Assembly: GCA_029933495.1 (NCBI GenBank)
Contig: JAOZOC010000002.1
Span: 1 to 30,477, forward strand
Source of the DNA: Bacteroidales bacterium
Lineage (GTDB): Bacteria > Bacteroidota > Bacteroidia > Bacteroidales > JAADJA01
Direction: 5' to 3'
DNA: 30,477 bases
The notes under the pieces were generated by a model. The model ran no database searches. It saw only the letters and a program-made list of their open reading frames with translations, and was not told where the DNA came from. Positions 17,150-26,283 of this stretch are shown one piece after another. Positions within the stretch are counted from its first letter, which is position 1, and each line of letters starts with the position of its first letter. Position numbers and translations under genes: made by a program.

Positions 17150-20080
17150 ATGAAAAATACAAATACTCTTATAACACTTGCTATCACAACACTTTTTTTA
17201 ACAACAGCAATATCATTCGGCCAACAATACGACCGGATAAAAGGTTTTTCCATTCAAAAAGCAAAGGTAAGCTTTAAAAGTATGCAGGAATTTGACAAAC
17301 TTCAGCCCCCAAAATCACCTAAGAAGAAAAGGCCCAATAAAGAAAGAATATTTCCCGAATTTGCTTCTGATAAAAAGCAAATCCTCTATATGGATAAATC
17401 CGATGTCACTTCACAAACTCAGTACAAAGGTATCGCTGAGGACTCTCCCCTCCCCGACCTTGACTTTTTAGGGCTTGGTGACAATAACAACTCCATACCA
17501 CCCGATGTGAATGGTGCAGCAGGCCCAAATCACCTTATGGTCACTCTTAACACGGGGTTCAGGATTATGGATAAACAGGGAAGTGTTATTTCCGACATCG
17601 GTAGTGGCAGTTTCTGGTTTCCAATGATCGGTAGTGGCGACACTTTCGACCCAAAAATAAAGTACGACCCATACGAACATCGATGGATTATTGTTATGCC
17701 AAGTAGTTCGAATATTAACAGTTCGCAACTTTTTGTCGCTGTGAGCGAAAACAGCGATCCAACAGGAAACTGGTTTATGTATTCATTCGATGCTGATCCG
17801 GCTGATCAGTATTGGTTCGATTATCCAAATTACGGATTTAATAAAAAATGGATAACCATTTCAGGCAATATGTTTGGAGCAGGCTTTGGATACAGCGTCC
17901 TTTTTGTTTTAAACAAAGCTGATCTTTATAATAATGAACCTGAGGCTGGATATTCCAGATTTGCTATTTATGACGGATTTACAATTGTCCCGGCAGAAAC
18001 CTTCGATGAAGAATTAGAGGATATGTATATGATTTCAAATGCTGGCGGTAATAGTAATGGTAGTGGATATCTTAACCTTTGGAAAGTTAGTGGAGAGATT
18101 GGAAATGAAATAGTTGACAATATGGGGCTTATTGGAATACCGGAACCATGGTCGAACTGGGCTGGGAATTATGGCAATCTTGCACCACAATTGGGAAGTG
18201 AACAGCGAATTAATTCAGGAGACGGAAGAATCCAGAATACTGTTTACAGAAACGGAAAACTCTGGTGTGCTCATCATATATTCCTGCCGGCAGATAATCC
18301 CGATCATTCGGCCATTCAGTGGTGGGAGCTGGCAACTGATGGCGCTATTTTACAACGAGGAAGGATAGAAGATACCACAGGCTTTTTTCATTTTACATTC
18401 CCTACTATTGCAGTTAACTCAAAAGAGGATATAATGATTGGCTATGGTAGTTTTTCTTTGGAACAATACGCTTCAAGCAGTTATTCCTTTAGATTTGCAG
18501 ATGACCCGCCAAATACATTACGCAACCGTTACCAGTTTAGAGAAGGTGTGGCTCCATATTACAAAACTTACGGCGGCGACAGAAACAGATGGGGAGATTA
18601 TACAGCGACCTGTATTGACCCCTCTGATGATCTTGATTTCTGGACTTTGCAGGAGTATGCCGAACTTCCGGCTGGCGGATACGACAGTTGGGGAACCTGG
18701 TGGGCTTATATAAATCTAGATGCAATCCCGGCTCCCGGTTTTGAGGCAAATATCACGACTGTCCCGACAGGAAGCGGAGTTAACTTCACAGACCTGACAA
18801 AATATGACCCTGAATCCTGGCTATGGATATTTGAGGAAGGAACACCATCAACTTCAACAGAGCAGAATCCTCAGAACATTGTTTATGAAAATTCGGGAAG
18901 TTACAATGTCACCCTGATAGCAACAAACTATCTCGGCTCGGACACCCTGATAATTGAAAACTATATCAGTGCAAATACTACCATCCTGCCGGAAGTTAAA
19001 TTTGCAGTTAACTACACTATACCACGAACAACAGATACCGTTATATTCAATGATTTCTCTGTTTACAATCCCATTGGATGGCAATGGGAATTTGAGCCTG
19101 ATAATGTCAGTTTCGTAAATGGCACGAGCCAGGCATCACAAAACCCTGAAGTTATCTTCACAGCACCAGGAATATACTCTGTAACTCTTACAGCTACAAA
19201 CTTAAATGGCAGTAATTCGCTCCAAAAGGAAAAGTTAGTTTATTCAGGAGGCCTGCCAATGCCTTTCTATGAAGATTTTGAGACAAAATCGTTAGAATCG
19301 AAATCATGGATGATAAACAACCCTGATAATGATAAAACCTGGGAGCTTTCACACTCGGAAGGAACTTCTCCTGGTGACAAGGCTGCAAACATTGAATTCA
19401 GGTATTATGGAAACTTCGGTGAGCGCGATGAGCTTGTCTCACCATTAATAAACCTTACAACTTTTCAGTCTGCTTTCCTGGAATTTGAATACTCCTATGC
19501 TCAGCGGACAGCTCAATATACAGACTCATTAATAGTTTACATATCCGATGATTATCCCGTTTCTAAAACCAGAATACTGGTACTCGGACAGGATACCACA
19601 GAAAATTTTGCGACTGTTCCCCCGGTTATGTCAGAGTTTGTTCCTTCTTCAGCCAGCGACTGGTGTGGTGTAGATAACCTTGTAGAATGCAAAACCGTTG
19701 ATCTTTCTGAATGGTCGGGCAAGCCGGATATCAGAATTATATTTGAATCTTATAACGGATTTGGCAATAATCTTTTCATTGATAATGTTTCGGTTGCGAG
19801 TCCGGAGGCTGTTGATGAAGGATTTTTGGGGTCATCTTACGTTTCGATATTTCCAAACCCTGCAACAGGTAAATTCACCATTGATATCAGAAATGAAGCA
19901 TCCGTGAATAATATCAAAGTAATAAATCTCACGGGGCAGTCGGTTTACAATAAAGACATCACCAATACCGCTTCAACGAATAGTTTTGAGATTGACCTGA
20001 GTAACCAGCCAAAGGGCATTTATCTTGTAAAGGTTACAGGAGAGGGCGTTGTGATGGTTGGAAAGGTGGTTTTGAGGTAA
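17150..20080 (+). CDS. T9SS type-A cargo: signal peptide, uncharacterised approximately 430-aa domain, two PKD domains, adhesin/MAM-like domain, C-terminal sorting domain
   Basis: PKD patterns (VNFTDL....W.W.F..GTP.TS..QNP...Y..SG.YNVTL.ATN; VIF.D.S...W.W.F...NP.V.F...G.YSVTLTATN). EDFE...W....LVSPLINL...L.FEYSY. CTD IFPNPA.G.FTI...GIYLVKV....KVVLR. Confidence 0.88.
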   Translation: MKNTNTLITLAITTLFLTTAISFGQQYDRIKGFSIQKAKVSFKSMQEFDKLQPPKSPKKKRPNKERIFPEFASDKKQILYMDKSDVTSQTQYKGIAEDSPLPDLDFLGLGDNNNSIPPDVNGAAGPNHLMVTLNTGFRIMDKQGSVISDIGSGSFWFPMIGSGDTFDPKIKYDPYEHRWIIVMPSSSNINSSQLFVAVSENSDPTGNWFMYSFDADPADQYWFDYPNYGFNKKWITISGNMFGAGFGYSVLFVLNKADLYNNEPEAGYSRFAIYDGFTIVPAETFDEELEDMYMISNAGGNSNGSGYLNLWKVSGEIGNEIVDNMGLIGIPEPWSNWAGNYGNLAPQLGSEQRINSGDGRIQNTVYRNGKLWCAHHIFLPADNPDHSAIQWWELATDGAILQRGRIEDTTGFFHFTFPTIAVNSKEDIMIGYGSFSLEQYASSSYSFRFADDPPNTLRNRYQFREGVAPYYKTYGGDRNRWGDYTATCIDPSDDLDFWTLQEYAELPAGGYDSWGTWWAYINLDAIPAPGFEANITTVPTGSGVNFTDLTKYDPESWLWIFEEGTPSTSTEQNPQNIVYENSGSYNVTLIATNYLGSDTLIIENYISANTTILPEVKFAVNYTIPRTTDTVIFNDFSVYNPIGWQWEFEPDNVSFVNGTSQASQNPEVIFTAPGIYSVTLTATNLNGSNSLQKEKLVYSGGLPMPFYEDFETKSLESKSWMINNPDNDKTWELSHSEGTSPGDKAANIEFRYYGNFGERDELVSPLINLTTFQSAFLEFEYSYAQRTAQYTDSLIVYISDDYPVSKTRILVLGQDTTENFATVPPVMSEFVPSSASDWCGVDNLVECKTVDLSEWSGKPDIRIIFESYNGFGNNLFIDNVSVASPEAVDEGFLGSSYVSIFPNPATGKFTIDIRNEASVNNIKVINLTGQSVYNKDITNTASTNSFEIDLSNQPKGIYLVKVTGEGVVMVGKVVLR

Positions 20081-20103
20081 AGAGAAGCCAGTAACAAAAT
20101 AAA

Positions 20104-20190
20104 TTTGTATATTCAAAAAATGATTGGATAAACAGGCAAAGAATTACTCCATTTTATCAAAATATAATTCAAGAAGGTATAATGATATGA
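20104..20190 (+). pseudogene. 3' remnant of a minimal nucleotidyltransferase (MNT) antitoxin gene
   Basis: Not in track. Translates FVYSKNDWINRQRITPFYQNIIQEGIMI*, the typical MNT C-terminus (..W...TPFY.NI..EGI). In-frame TAA at 20092-20094 and no start codon. Confidence 0.7.
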
Positions 20191-20234
20191 ATATTGAAGA
20201 AAGAAACGAGTATATAAAATACAGAATAGAAACA
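20187..20234 (+). pseudogene. 5' remnant of a HEPN-domain toxin gene
   Basis: ATG overlaps the MNT TGA (ATGA). Translates MNIEERNEYIKYRIET, a typical HEPN (UPF0332-like) N-terminus. Homology ends at the stop codon of the convergent nuclease gene. Confidence 0.65.
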
Positions 20235-21071
20235 CTAATTTCCAACAAGCTCCCTTACTTCTGTAATTGCCTTATTGATTCTTCGCTCTGAGACATTGAT
20301 ATCTCTCAGGATATTAGGACTCAGATTACGGCAGAGTACAATACCCATATCAAGAATTTGTTGTTTCTCTGCTTTTTTCAAACTTTGCAAAGCAGTTACC
20401 GGATGCAGTCCGGAAGCATCTATCCTGTCGCGCAGGCTACCTTTACGCGGATAATCCCACGACATAAGCTGTAAGCCGGCACATCTTCCAAAATTAATAG
20501 CATCTTGTGTAAATCTTGTATTCGTCACAACCCAACCCTGATAAAAATCAATTTCATCTCCGTATTCCTTTTCCCATTGACTTTTAACATCATAAAAACG
20601 GGAACTTATATACATAGGCACCTTCACATCGCTTTTTCGGCTTGTGTCGCTATGAAACTTGCATTCCATCATCAACTGCTTTTTACCTTTCCTTGCTATC
20701 ACATCCACTTCGTGCGTAACACACTTGCCCGGTACGACAACGCCAACCTGTACATCATATCCCTGATGTTTGAAAAGTTCACCAACAAACTTCTCAAAAG
20801 GAAAACCTGTAGGACCAAGTTCAAGGATAGCTTTTTTAAGACGATACCTGCCTGCCACCTTGTTTGATCGCTTTCTTAGTAATGAATATGCAATTTGATA
20901 AAGCTTCCGTGTTGACATTCCATCAACGATCTTCTCTCTAACCTGACCGATAATATATTCAATATCTTCTGTCCCGGCACCTGATCGTTCAAGTGATTGC
21001 TTCAGTTTAGAAGAATCGAAGACTACCCTCTCACCTGACTTTTTTACAATTTCAATGTTTTCATTAACCAT
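20235..21071 (-). CDS. ATP-cone domain fused to an Mrr-like PD-(D/E)XK endonuclease domain
   Basis: N-terminal IVKKSGERVVFDSSKL..SL.RSG (ATP cone). GFPFEKFVGELF...GY, EVDVIA...MECKFH (PD-ExK), GWVVTNTRFT.DA. Likely start ATG 21071; the track start at 21077 is TTG. Confidence 0.85.
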   Translation of the reverse strand: MVNENIEIVKKSGERVVFDSSKLKQSLERSGAGTEDIEYIIGQVREKIVDGMSTRKLYQIAYSLLRKRSNKVAGRYRLKKAILELGPTGFPFEKFVGELFKHQGYDVQVGVVVPGKCVTHEVDVIARKGKKQLMMECKFHSDTSRKSDVKVPMYISSRFYDVKSQWEKEYGDEIDFYQGWVVTNTRFTQDAINFGRCAGLQLMSWDYPRKGSLRDRIDASGLHPVTALQSLKKAEKQQILDMGIVLCRNLSPNILRDINVSERRINKAITEVRELVGN

Positions 21072-21173
21072 TATCAAACTTTTTTTCAGATTGTAAAAAT
21101 AGGCAAAATACTGTTACTTCAACCGCTACAACGAACTTTTGGCGCATAACAAATTTCCATTAATTTATATTTC

Positions 21174-21187
21174 GTCCCTAACGGGAC
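21174..21187. repeat. REP-like hairpin GTCCC-TAAC-GGGAC
   Basis: Perfect 5-bp GC-rich stem with a 4-nt loop in an intergenic region. Confidence 0.65.
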
Positions 21188-21201
21188 TTTTTCCCGGATC
21201 C

Positions 21202-21248
21202 AACCTTTCAAGACTCATGCGCACTAACCTGCTTCGACTTGAAAGGTT
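21202..21248. repeat. Perfect 11-bp inverted repeat AACCTTTCAAG-N25-CTTGAAAGGTT
   Basis: Arms at 21202-21212 and 21238-21248. On the minus strand the loop can form a further GCA/UGC stem. Confidence 0.85.
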
Positions 21249-21304
21249 TACTTCTTAACCTTAAACAAAACCGCATTTGTCACAAAAAAGCAAAACCAAA
21301 TTCA

Positions 21305-21347
21305 CACAAATCATTTGTGAAACCTTTGTGACTTAGAGCCTTAGTGG
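21305..21347. repeat. CACAAAT-C-ATTTGTG palindrome followed by an 8-nt periodic CTTTGTGA/CTTAGAGC/CTTAGTGG tract
   Basis: Read directly from sequence (21305-21319 and 21324-21347). Confidence 0.7.
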
Positions 21348-21511
21348 CTTTTTTATTTCAAGCTACAAGGAAAAAAGTATAAAATAAGGGCATATTTTCT
21401 TTTAAACATACAAAGCCGATATGCATCGGGCAATATTTCTTAACAATACTGTTATACGTTAGGAGTTAAAAGTTCTCTGTAGAGATGAAAGAATAGTACA
21501 AACCATCACCG

Positions 21512-21531
21512 CATAACGCATAACTTTTAAC
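21512..21531. repeat. Copy of the CATAACGCATAACTTTTAAC motif also found twice at 27191-27233
   Basis: 19-nt exact match CGCATAACGCATAACTTTT between 21510-21528 and 27211-27229. Confidence 0.85.
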
Positions 21532-21601
21532 AATATCACGATGCTATTTTTAACAAAATTCAACACAAACAGCATATTGGTTAATTTTGCCAAATAAGCG
21601 C

Positions 21602-22993
21602 CTAACTCCTGACAATATCCCTGATATCATCAATTATCTTATTTGCGAGATGTATAGCCGTTGTTTCCGATTCACTTTCCGAATAGATTCGGATTATGGG
21701 TTCAGTGTTGGATTTGCGAAGATGCACCCACTCATTTTCAAAATCAATTTTGACTCCGTCTATTGTATTGACATTATGATTTTTATATTTTTCGGCCATC
21801 TGCTTTAAAATATCATCAACATCCATTCCGGGTGAAAGCTCAATTTTATTCTTTGAGATAAAATATGAAGGATAGGTTGCTCTCAGGGCAGAGCATGAAA
21901 TACCTTTTTTAGCAAGATTTGTCAGAAAAAGTGCTATCCCTACAAGGGAATCACGTCCGTAATGCAGTTCGGGATAAATAACGCCGCCGTTACCTTCACC
22001 ACCGATAACGGCATTCACGGCCTTCATCTTTTCAACAACATTAACTTCCCCAACCGCTGATGCAAAGTACTCACCTCCTGCTTTTTCAGTAACATCTCTT
22101 AAAGCCCTGGTTGAAGACAGGTTTGAGACGGTATTTCCCTTTTGATTTTGCAAAACCCAATCACTCACAGCTACCAAAGTATATTCCTCTCCAAACATTT
22201 CTCCATCTTCTGAAATGATAGCCAGCCTGTCAACGTCAGGATCAACAACAAATCCAACATCGGAATTTGTTTTCTTTACAACCTCTGATATTTCACCAAG
22301 ATTTTCAGGCAATGGTTCGGGATTATGCGGAAATTTGCCGGTAGGTTCTGTATATAATTCCTCAACTTTCTTAACTCCCAAAGCTTTTAACAGAGGTGGC
22401 AACGCAATACCACCTGTAGAATTAACACAATCGATGGCAACCTTAAATCCGGCTTTCTTGATTGCAGCCACATCAACAAGTGGCAATTCCAGAATTTTTC
22501 GAATATGCTTTTCAATAAATGAATCATCAGTTCTATATGTACCAAGCTTTTTAACATCCGAATAGAAAAAATCGCCACTTTCAATAATTTCAAGAAGTTC
22601 CACACCATCAGCAGCCGAAAGAAACTCGCCCTTTTTATTCAGTAACTTAAGGGCATTCCAGTTCTCCGGATTATGACTTGCAGTAAGTATAATCCCACCA
22701 TCCGCATTTTCTTCTGTAACAGCCATTTCAACAGTTGGTGTAGTTGAAAGTCCGACATCCACAACATCTGCCCCCATTCCGAGTAATGTTCCGGTAACCA
22801 GCCGGTTAACCATTTCTCCTGATATCCGGGCATCCCTCCCGATAACAATTTTTATTTTATCCGCACCAACACTTTTTCTAATGAAGGTAGCAAAAGCAGT
22901 GGCAAATTTCACAATGTCAACAGGAGACAACACATCACCAGGTTTCCCACCAATTGTACCACGTATTCCAGAAATTGATTTTATTAACGTCAT
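21602..22993 (-). CDS. glmM: Phosphoglucosamine mutase
   Basis: SISGIRG, GRDAR.SG, TTPT, phosphoserine loop TASHNP, DPDVDRL, GGEGNGG, RKSNTEPIIRIY.E. Confidence 0.93.
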   Translation of the reverse strand: MTLIKSISGIRGTIGGKPGDVLSPVDIVKFATAFATFIRKSVGADKIKIVIGRDARISGEMVNRLVTGTLLGMGADVVDVGLSTTPTVEMAVTEENADGGIILTASHNPENWNALKLLNKKGEFLSAADGVELLEIIESGDFFYSDVKKLGTYRTDDSFIEKHIRKILELPLVDVAAIKKAGFKVAIDCVNSTGGIALPPLLKALGVKKVEELYTEPTGKFPHNPEPLPENLGEISEVVKKTNSDVGFVVDPDVDRLAIISEDGEMFGEEYTLVAVSDWVLQNQKGNTVSNLSSTRALRDVTEKAGGEYFASAVGEVNVVEKMKAVNAVIGGEGNGGVIYPELHYGRDSLVGIALFLTNLAKKGISCSALRATYPSYFISKNKIELSPGMDVDDILKQMAEKYKNHNVNTIDGVKIDFENEWVHLRKSNTEPIIRIYSESESETTAIHLANKIIDDIRDIVRS

Positions 22994-23017
22994 AATCCAG
23001 TTTTAAATTAGGAGCTG

Positions 23018-23077
23018 CAAATTTATAAAATAGAATTAACAATTATCTTTTTTCCTCACTTTCTTTTACTATTTTTG
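23018..23077. promoter_or_regulatory. Divergent Bacteroidota -7 elements (TAAATTTG minus, 23018-23025; TATTTTTG plus, 23070-23077)
   Basis: TAnnTTTG boxes about 25-30 nt from the glmM and TPR starts. Confidence 0.65.
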
Positions 23078-23106
23078 TCGAATTATTTTTAACGCAGGTT
23101 TTGCAG

Positions 23107-24510
23107 ATGGAAGAAATGAGTAAACAAGAGAGGGAGTATCAGATTGAACTCGTCTCGAAATTCGACATAATGCTAAAGAATGGTCACAGCTATTTCTTTG
23201 ACGTTGATGAGTTTGAGGTGATTATTGACTATTATCTTGAGAACAGTATCCTAAACAAAGCAAACCATGCCATAGAAGCTGCCATTGAACAACACCCACG
23301 AACAACAGCATTTAATCTCAGGAAAGCTCAGTATTATGTTTCTTCAAACCGAGTCAACAAGGCACTAGACCTTTTGATAAAAATTGAGCAACTGGAACCT
23401 GAAAATCCAGATATCTTTTTGTCAAAAGCTTCCATTTACAGTCAGTTAAAGCGATACGAAAAGGCCATTGAAGAGTATCACAAAGCCCTGAAAGATGCTG
23501 AAAACATCGAAGAGGTTTATACTAATATTGCTTTTGAGTATGAAAACCTTGGCACCTACGACAAAGCCATAGAATATTTAAAAAAAGTCCTGGAATTAAA
23601 TCCTGACAATGATGCTGTTATCTATGAATTGTCATTTTGCTATGAAATTTCAGGACAGTCAGAAAATGCTATTAAGTTTTTTAAACAGTTTCTTAACAAA
23701 GAGCCATATTCAAAAGCATCCTGGTTTAATTTAGGCATTGCTTATAATAATACTGAAAATTTCAAGAAAGCTATTGATGCTTATGATTTTGCCGTTGCTA
23801 TTGACGAATCATTTGCATCTGCTTATTTCAATAAAGCAAACTCATTTGCCAATCTCAACCTGTATGAAAAGGCGATAGACACATACAAGGAGACTTTTGA
23901 ATACGAGGATCCGGATGCTATGACTTTCTACTATATTGGCGAATGTCATGAAAATTTATCTCAAACTGAAGGCGCACTTGATTATTACAATAAAGCCATA
24001 AAGGTTGATCCGCTTCTATCGGATGCATGGATTGGAATAGGTATGCTTTATGAAGAAAAAGGTGAGCTTGAAATTGCAATAAAACATATTGACAAAGCAC
24101 TGAATATTGAGCCATCAAATTCCGACTTCTGGTATATGATGGGAGACATCCTTTATAAGGCAGAGAAGTATGATGAGGCCCTAAAATCATATATCAATGT
24201 GGCAAGCCTCGACCCCAAACACCCTGAAATATGGCTGGACTACTCTCATATTTATGCTCTTGATGTTGATTATTCTAAGGCAATTGAGATTATTGATGAC
24301 GGAATTGCAGAACAACCGAAGAACGCTGATTTTTATTACCGTAAGTTCGTCTATTTACACAGAATGCAGTTACATAAGGAGGCTTACGACATTTTGGAGG
24401 AGGCTTTAACAATGGATTTCAAAAAGCATAAGGCCATAATTGATTATGATCCTGACCTTCTGAAAGATGACAATCTCCTTAGGATTATTGAAATATACAA
24501 AATCAAATAA
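23107..24510 (+). CDS. Tetratricopeptide repeat protein
   Basis: About 10 consecutive 34-aa TPR units (A...Y..A...P). N-terminal FE.ML......FFD.DEFE.IIDYY pattern. Likely start ATG 23107 or 23116; the track start at 23101 is TTG. Confidence 0.9.
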   Translation: MEEMSKQEREYQIELVSKFDIMLKNGHSYFFDVDEFEVIIDYYLENSILNKANHAIEAAIEQHPRTTAFNLRKAQYYVSSNRVNKALDLLIKIEQLEPENPDIFLSKASIYSQLKRYEKAIEEYHKALKDAENIEEVYTNIAFEYENLGTYDKAIEYLKKVLELNPDNDAVIYELSFCYEISGQSENAIKFFKQFLNKEPYSKASWFNLGIAYNNTENFKKAIDAYDFAVAIDESFASAYFNKANSFANLNLYEKAIDTYKETFEYEDPDAMTFYYIGECHENLSQTEGALDYYNKAIKVDPLLSDAWIGIGMLYEEKGELEIAIKHIDKALNIEPSNSDFWYMMGDILYKAEKYDEALKSYINVASLDPKHPEIWLDYSHIYALDVDYSKAIEIIDDGIAEQPKNADFYYRKFVYLHRMQLHKEAYDILEEALTMDFKKHKAIIDYDPDLLKDDNLLRIIEIYKIK

Positions 24511-24521
24511 CTCTTAATAAT

Positions 24522-25298
24522 ATGTTAAATTACAAATTACCGTTTCTCCCTGAAAGGCCTGACAAGCCAAGAGAAACAGGACTGGCAATGGTTATGGACA
24601 AAGGTTTGAGCGTTGAAGATGCTAAAAACCTTGTGTCAGTATCTGGTCACCTTATCGATTTTATGAAACTTGGGTTTGGCACCTCTGTCATCACCAATAA
24701 CCTGAAAGAGAAAATCAGGGTTTACCGCGATGCTGGTATTGATGTCTATTTTGGCGGGACTCTTTTTGAAGCATTTGTTATCAGAAATATTTTTGATGAT
24801 TATAAAAAATACATGTCTGATTTCGGTGTAAATGCAGTGGAAGTATCAGATGGCTCAATGTTGATGAATCACGATAAAAAATGTGAATATATCAATGAGC
24901 TGGCAAAAGACTATCTTGTTGTTTCTGAAGTAGGCTCAAAGGATGCAGACATTAATATTTCAAATGACGAGTGGATATCGCAAATGGATACGGAATTGCA
25001 GGCAGGCTCATTCAAAGTTATTGCTGAAGCCAGGGAAAGCGGAACGGTTGGAATATTCTTACCTGATGGAAAAGTTAACACTTCATTAATTTCTGATATT
25101 TCGCAAAGAGTTCCTTTAGATAAAATAATTTGGGAGGCCCCATTGAAGACTCAACAGGTATGGTTCATCAAACACTTTGGAGCAAATGTGAATATCGGGA
25201 ACGTTGCACCGAACGAAATAATATCACTTGAAACTTTAAGGCTTGGTTTAAGAGGAGATACCTTTATGGAGTTTCTTCCTGATAATTTGAAGGATTAG
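24522..25298 (+). CDS. Phosphosulfolactate synthase (ComA)-family TIM-barrel protein
   Basis: MVMDKGL, DFMKLGFGTS, GGTLFE, VEVSDGS, SEVGSK, VIAEARESG, IIWEAP...Q.WFI..FG.NVN.GN, LETLRLGLRGDT. Confidence 0.88.
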   Translation: MLNYKLPFLPERPDKPRETGLAMVMDKGLSVEDAKNLVSVSGHLIDFMKLGFGTSVITNNLKEKIRVYRDAGIDVYFGGTLFEAFVIRNIFDDYKKYMSDFGVNAVEVSDGSMLMNHDKKCEYINELAKDYLVVSEVGSKDADINISNDEWISQMDTELQAGSFKVIAEARESGTVGIFLPDGKVNTSLISDISQRVPLDKIIWEAPLKTQQVWFIKHFGANVNIGNVAPNEIISLETLRLGLRGDTFMEFLPDNLKD

Positions 25299-25355
25299 GA
25301 CGAATTGCAGGCCAGATGCATAACCATCAGCCTGACAGATTATTTAACTTGACAT

Positions 25356-26279
25356 ATGAAACAGTATTTACACACACTTTTTAAAGGAATTGCTATGGGT
25401 GCGGCAAACGTTGTACCAGGTGTTTCCGGTGGAACGATTGCTCTTATTACAGGTATTTTTGAAAGGCTTATTGATGCAATTAAGTCTTTCAATCTAAAAG
25501 CTGCAAAACTTCTTCTATCATTTAAATTCAAGGAATTTGCCGAGTACACTGATCTTTATTTCCTTGTTGCACTTTTCTCAGGTATTTTTATTGCAATTAT
25601 AACTCTGGCAAAGCTGTTTGATTTCCTTTTTACAAATTACCCTGTTTATATTTGGTCTTACTTTTTCGGACTTGTGCTGGCATCGGTTTATTTTGTGGGA
25701 AAGACTATAAGGAAATGGAGCTGGAGCGTTATTCTGACTTTTTTAGTTGGTACTTCAATTGCAATTATCATTTCAGTACTAAATCCTGCAAAAGAGGATA
25801 ACGGTTTTATATACCTGATGCTTTGCGGAGTAGTTGCTATGTGCAGTATGATTCTTCCGGGATTATCAGGCTCATTTGTGTTGATCTTAATGGGAAATTA
25901 CCAGTTGGTAATGATAGATGCTGTTAATAATATGGATTTTGGCATTCTGATTCCTGTTGTTATAGGTGCAGTGGTTGGATTGATTGCTTTTTCGCACATT
26001 CTTTCCTGGGTTTTCAAAAGGTACAGAGACCAGACAATATCGTTACTTACAGGATTTATACTTGGATCTGTATCAATATTATGGCCCTGGCAAAAAGCAA
26101 TCTATCTTAAAGATGCAGCTGGAGAACTAATCTTGAAGAAAGGTGAACCCATTGTTGAACATTACAGCCGCTTCTTACCTGAATCTTTTGACCAACAGGT
26201 TATTTTTGCTATTGTTTTTGCCATCTTAGGAATTGTAACAATCTGGGGAGTTGAAAAAGCTGCTGAAAAAACAGATTAA
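25356..26279 (+). CDS. DUF368 family membrane protein (PopT-type undecaprenyl-phosphate translocase family)
   Basis: Two repeats, KG.AMGAANVVPGVSGGTIALITGIFERLI and CG.VAMCSMILPGLSGSFVL.LMG.Y; multiple TM helices. Confidence 0.9.
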   Translation: MKQYLHTLFKGIAMGAANVVPGVSGGTIALITGIFERLIDAIKSFNLKAAKLLLSFKFKEFAEYTDLYFLVALFSGIFIAIITLAKLFDFLFTNYPVYIWSYFFGLVLASVYFVGKTIRKWSWSVILTFLVGTSIAIIISVLNPAKEDNGFIYLMLCGVVAMCSMILPGLSGSFVLILMGNYQLVMIDAVNNMDFGILIPVVIGAVVGLIAFSHILSWVFKRYRDQTISLLTGFILGSVSILWPWQKAIYLKDAAGELILKKGEPIVEHYSRFLPESFDQQVIFAIVFAILGIVTIWGVEKAAEKTD

Positions 26280-26283
26280 CTCT

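Noticed and set aside
21160-21200. Minus-strand GUCCC-GUUA-GGGAC-GAAA resembles hammerhead ribozyme stem II plus GAAA
   Set aside because: The required CUGAUGA core is absent (GGAAAAA instead) and no stems I/III are evident; treated as a REP-like hairpin.
21121-21468. attC-like ends (CCGCTACAAC/GCATAAC near 21123-21150 and GTTAGGAG near 21458) suggesting an integron cassette site
   Set aside because: The ends are not complementary, the span (about 345 nt) is too long for attC, there is no integrase and no second site. An IntegronFinder run would settle it.
12869-26283. Track start codons at 12907 (gmhB), 21077 (nuclease), 23101 (TPR) and 26251 (aroE)
   Set aside because: They extend into upstream genes or use TTG. 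Downstream ATGs at 12868, 21071, 23107 and 26284 fit family N-termini better.
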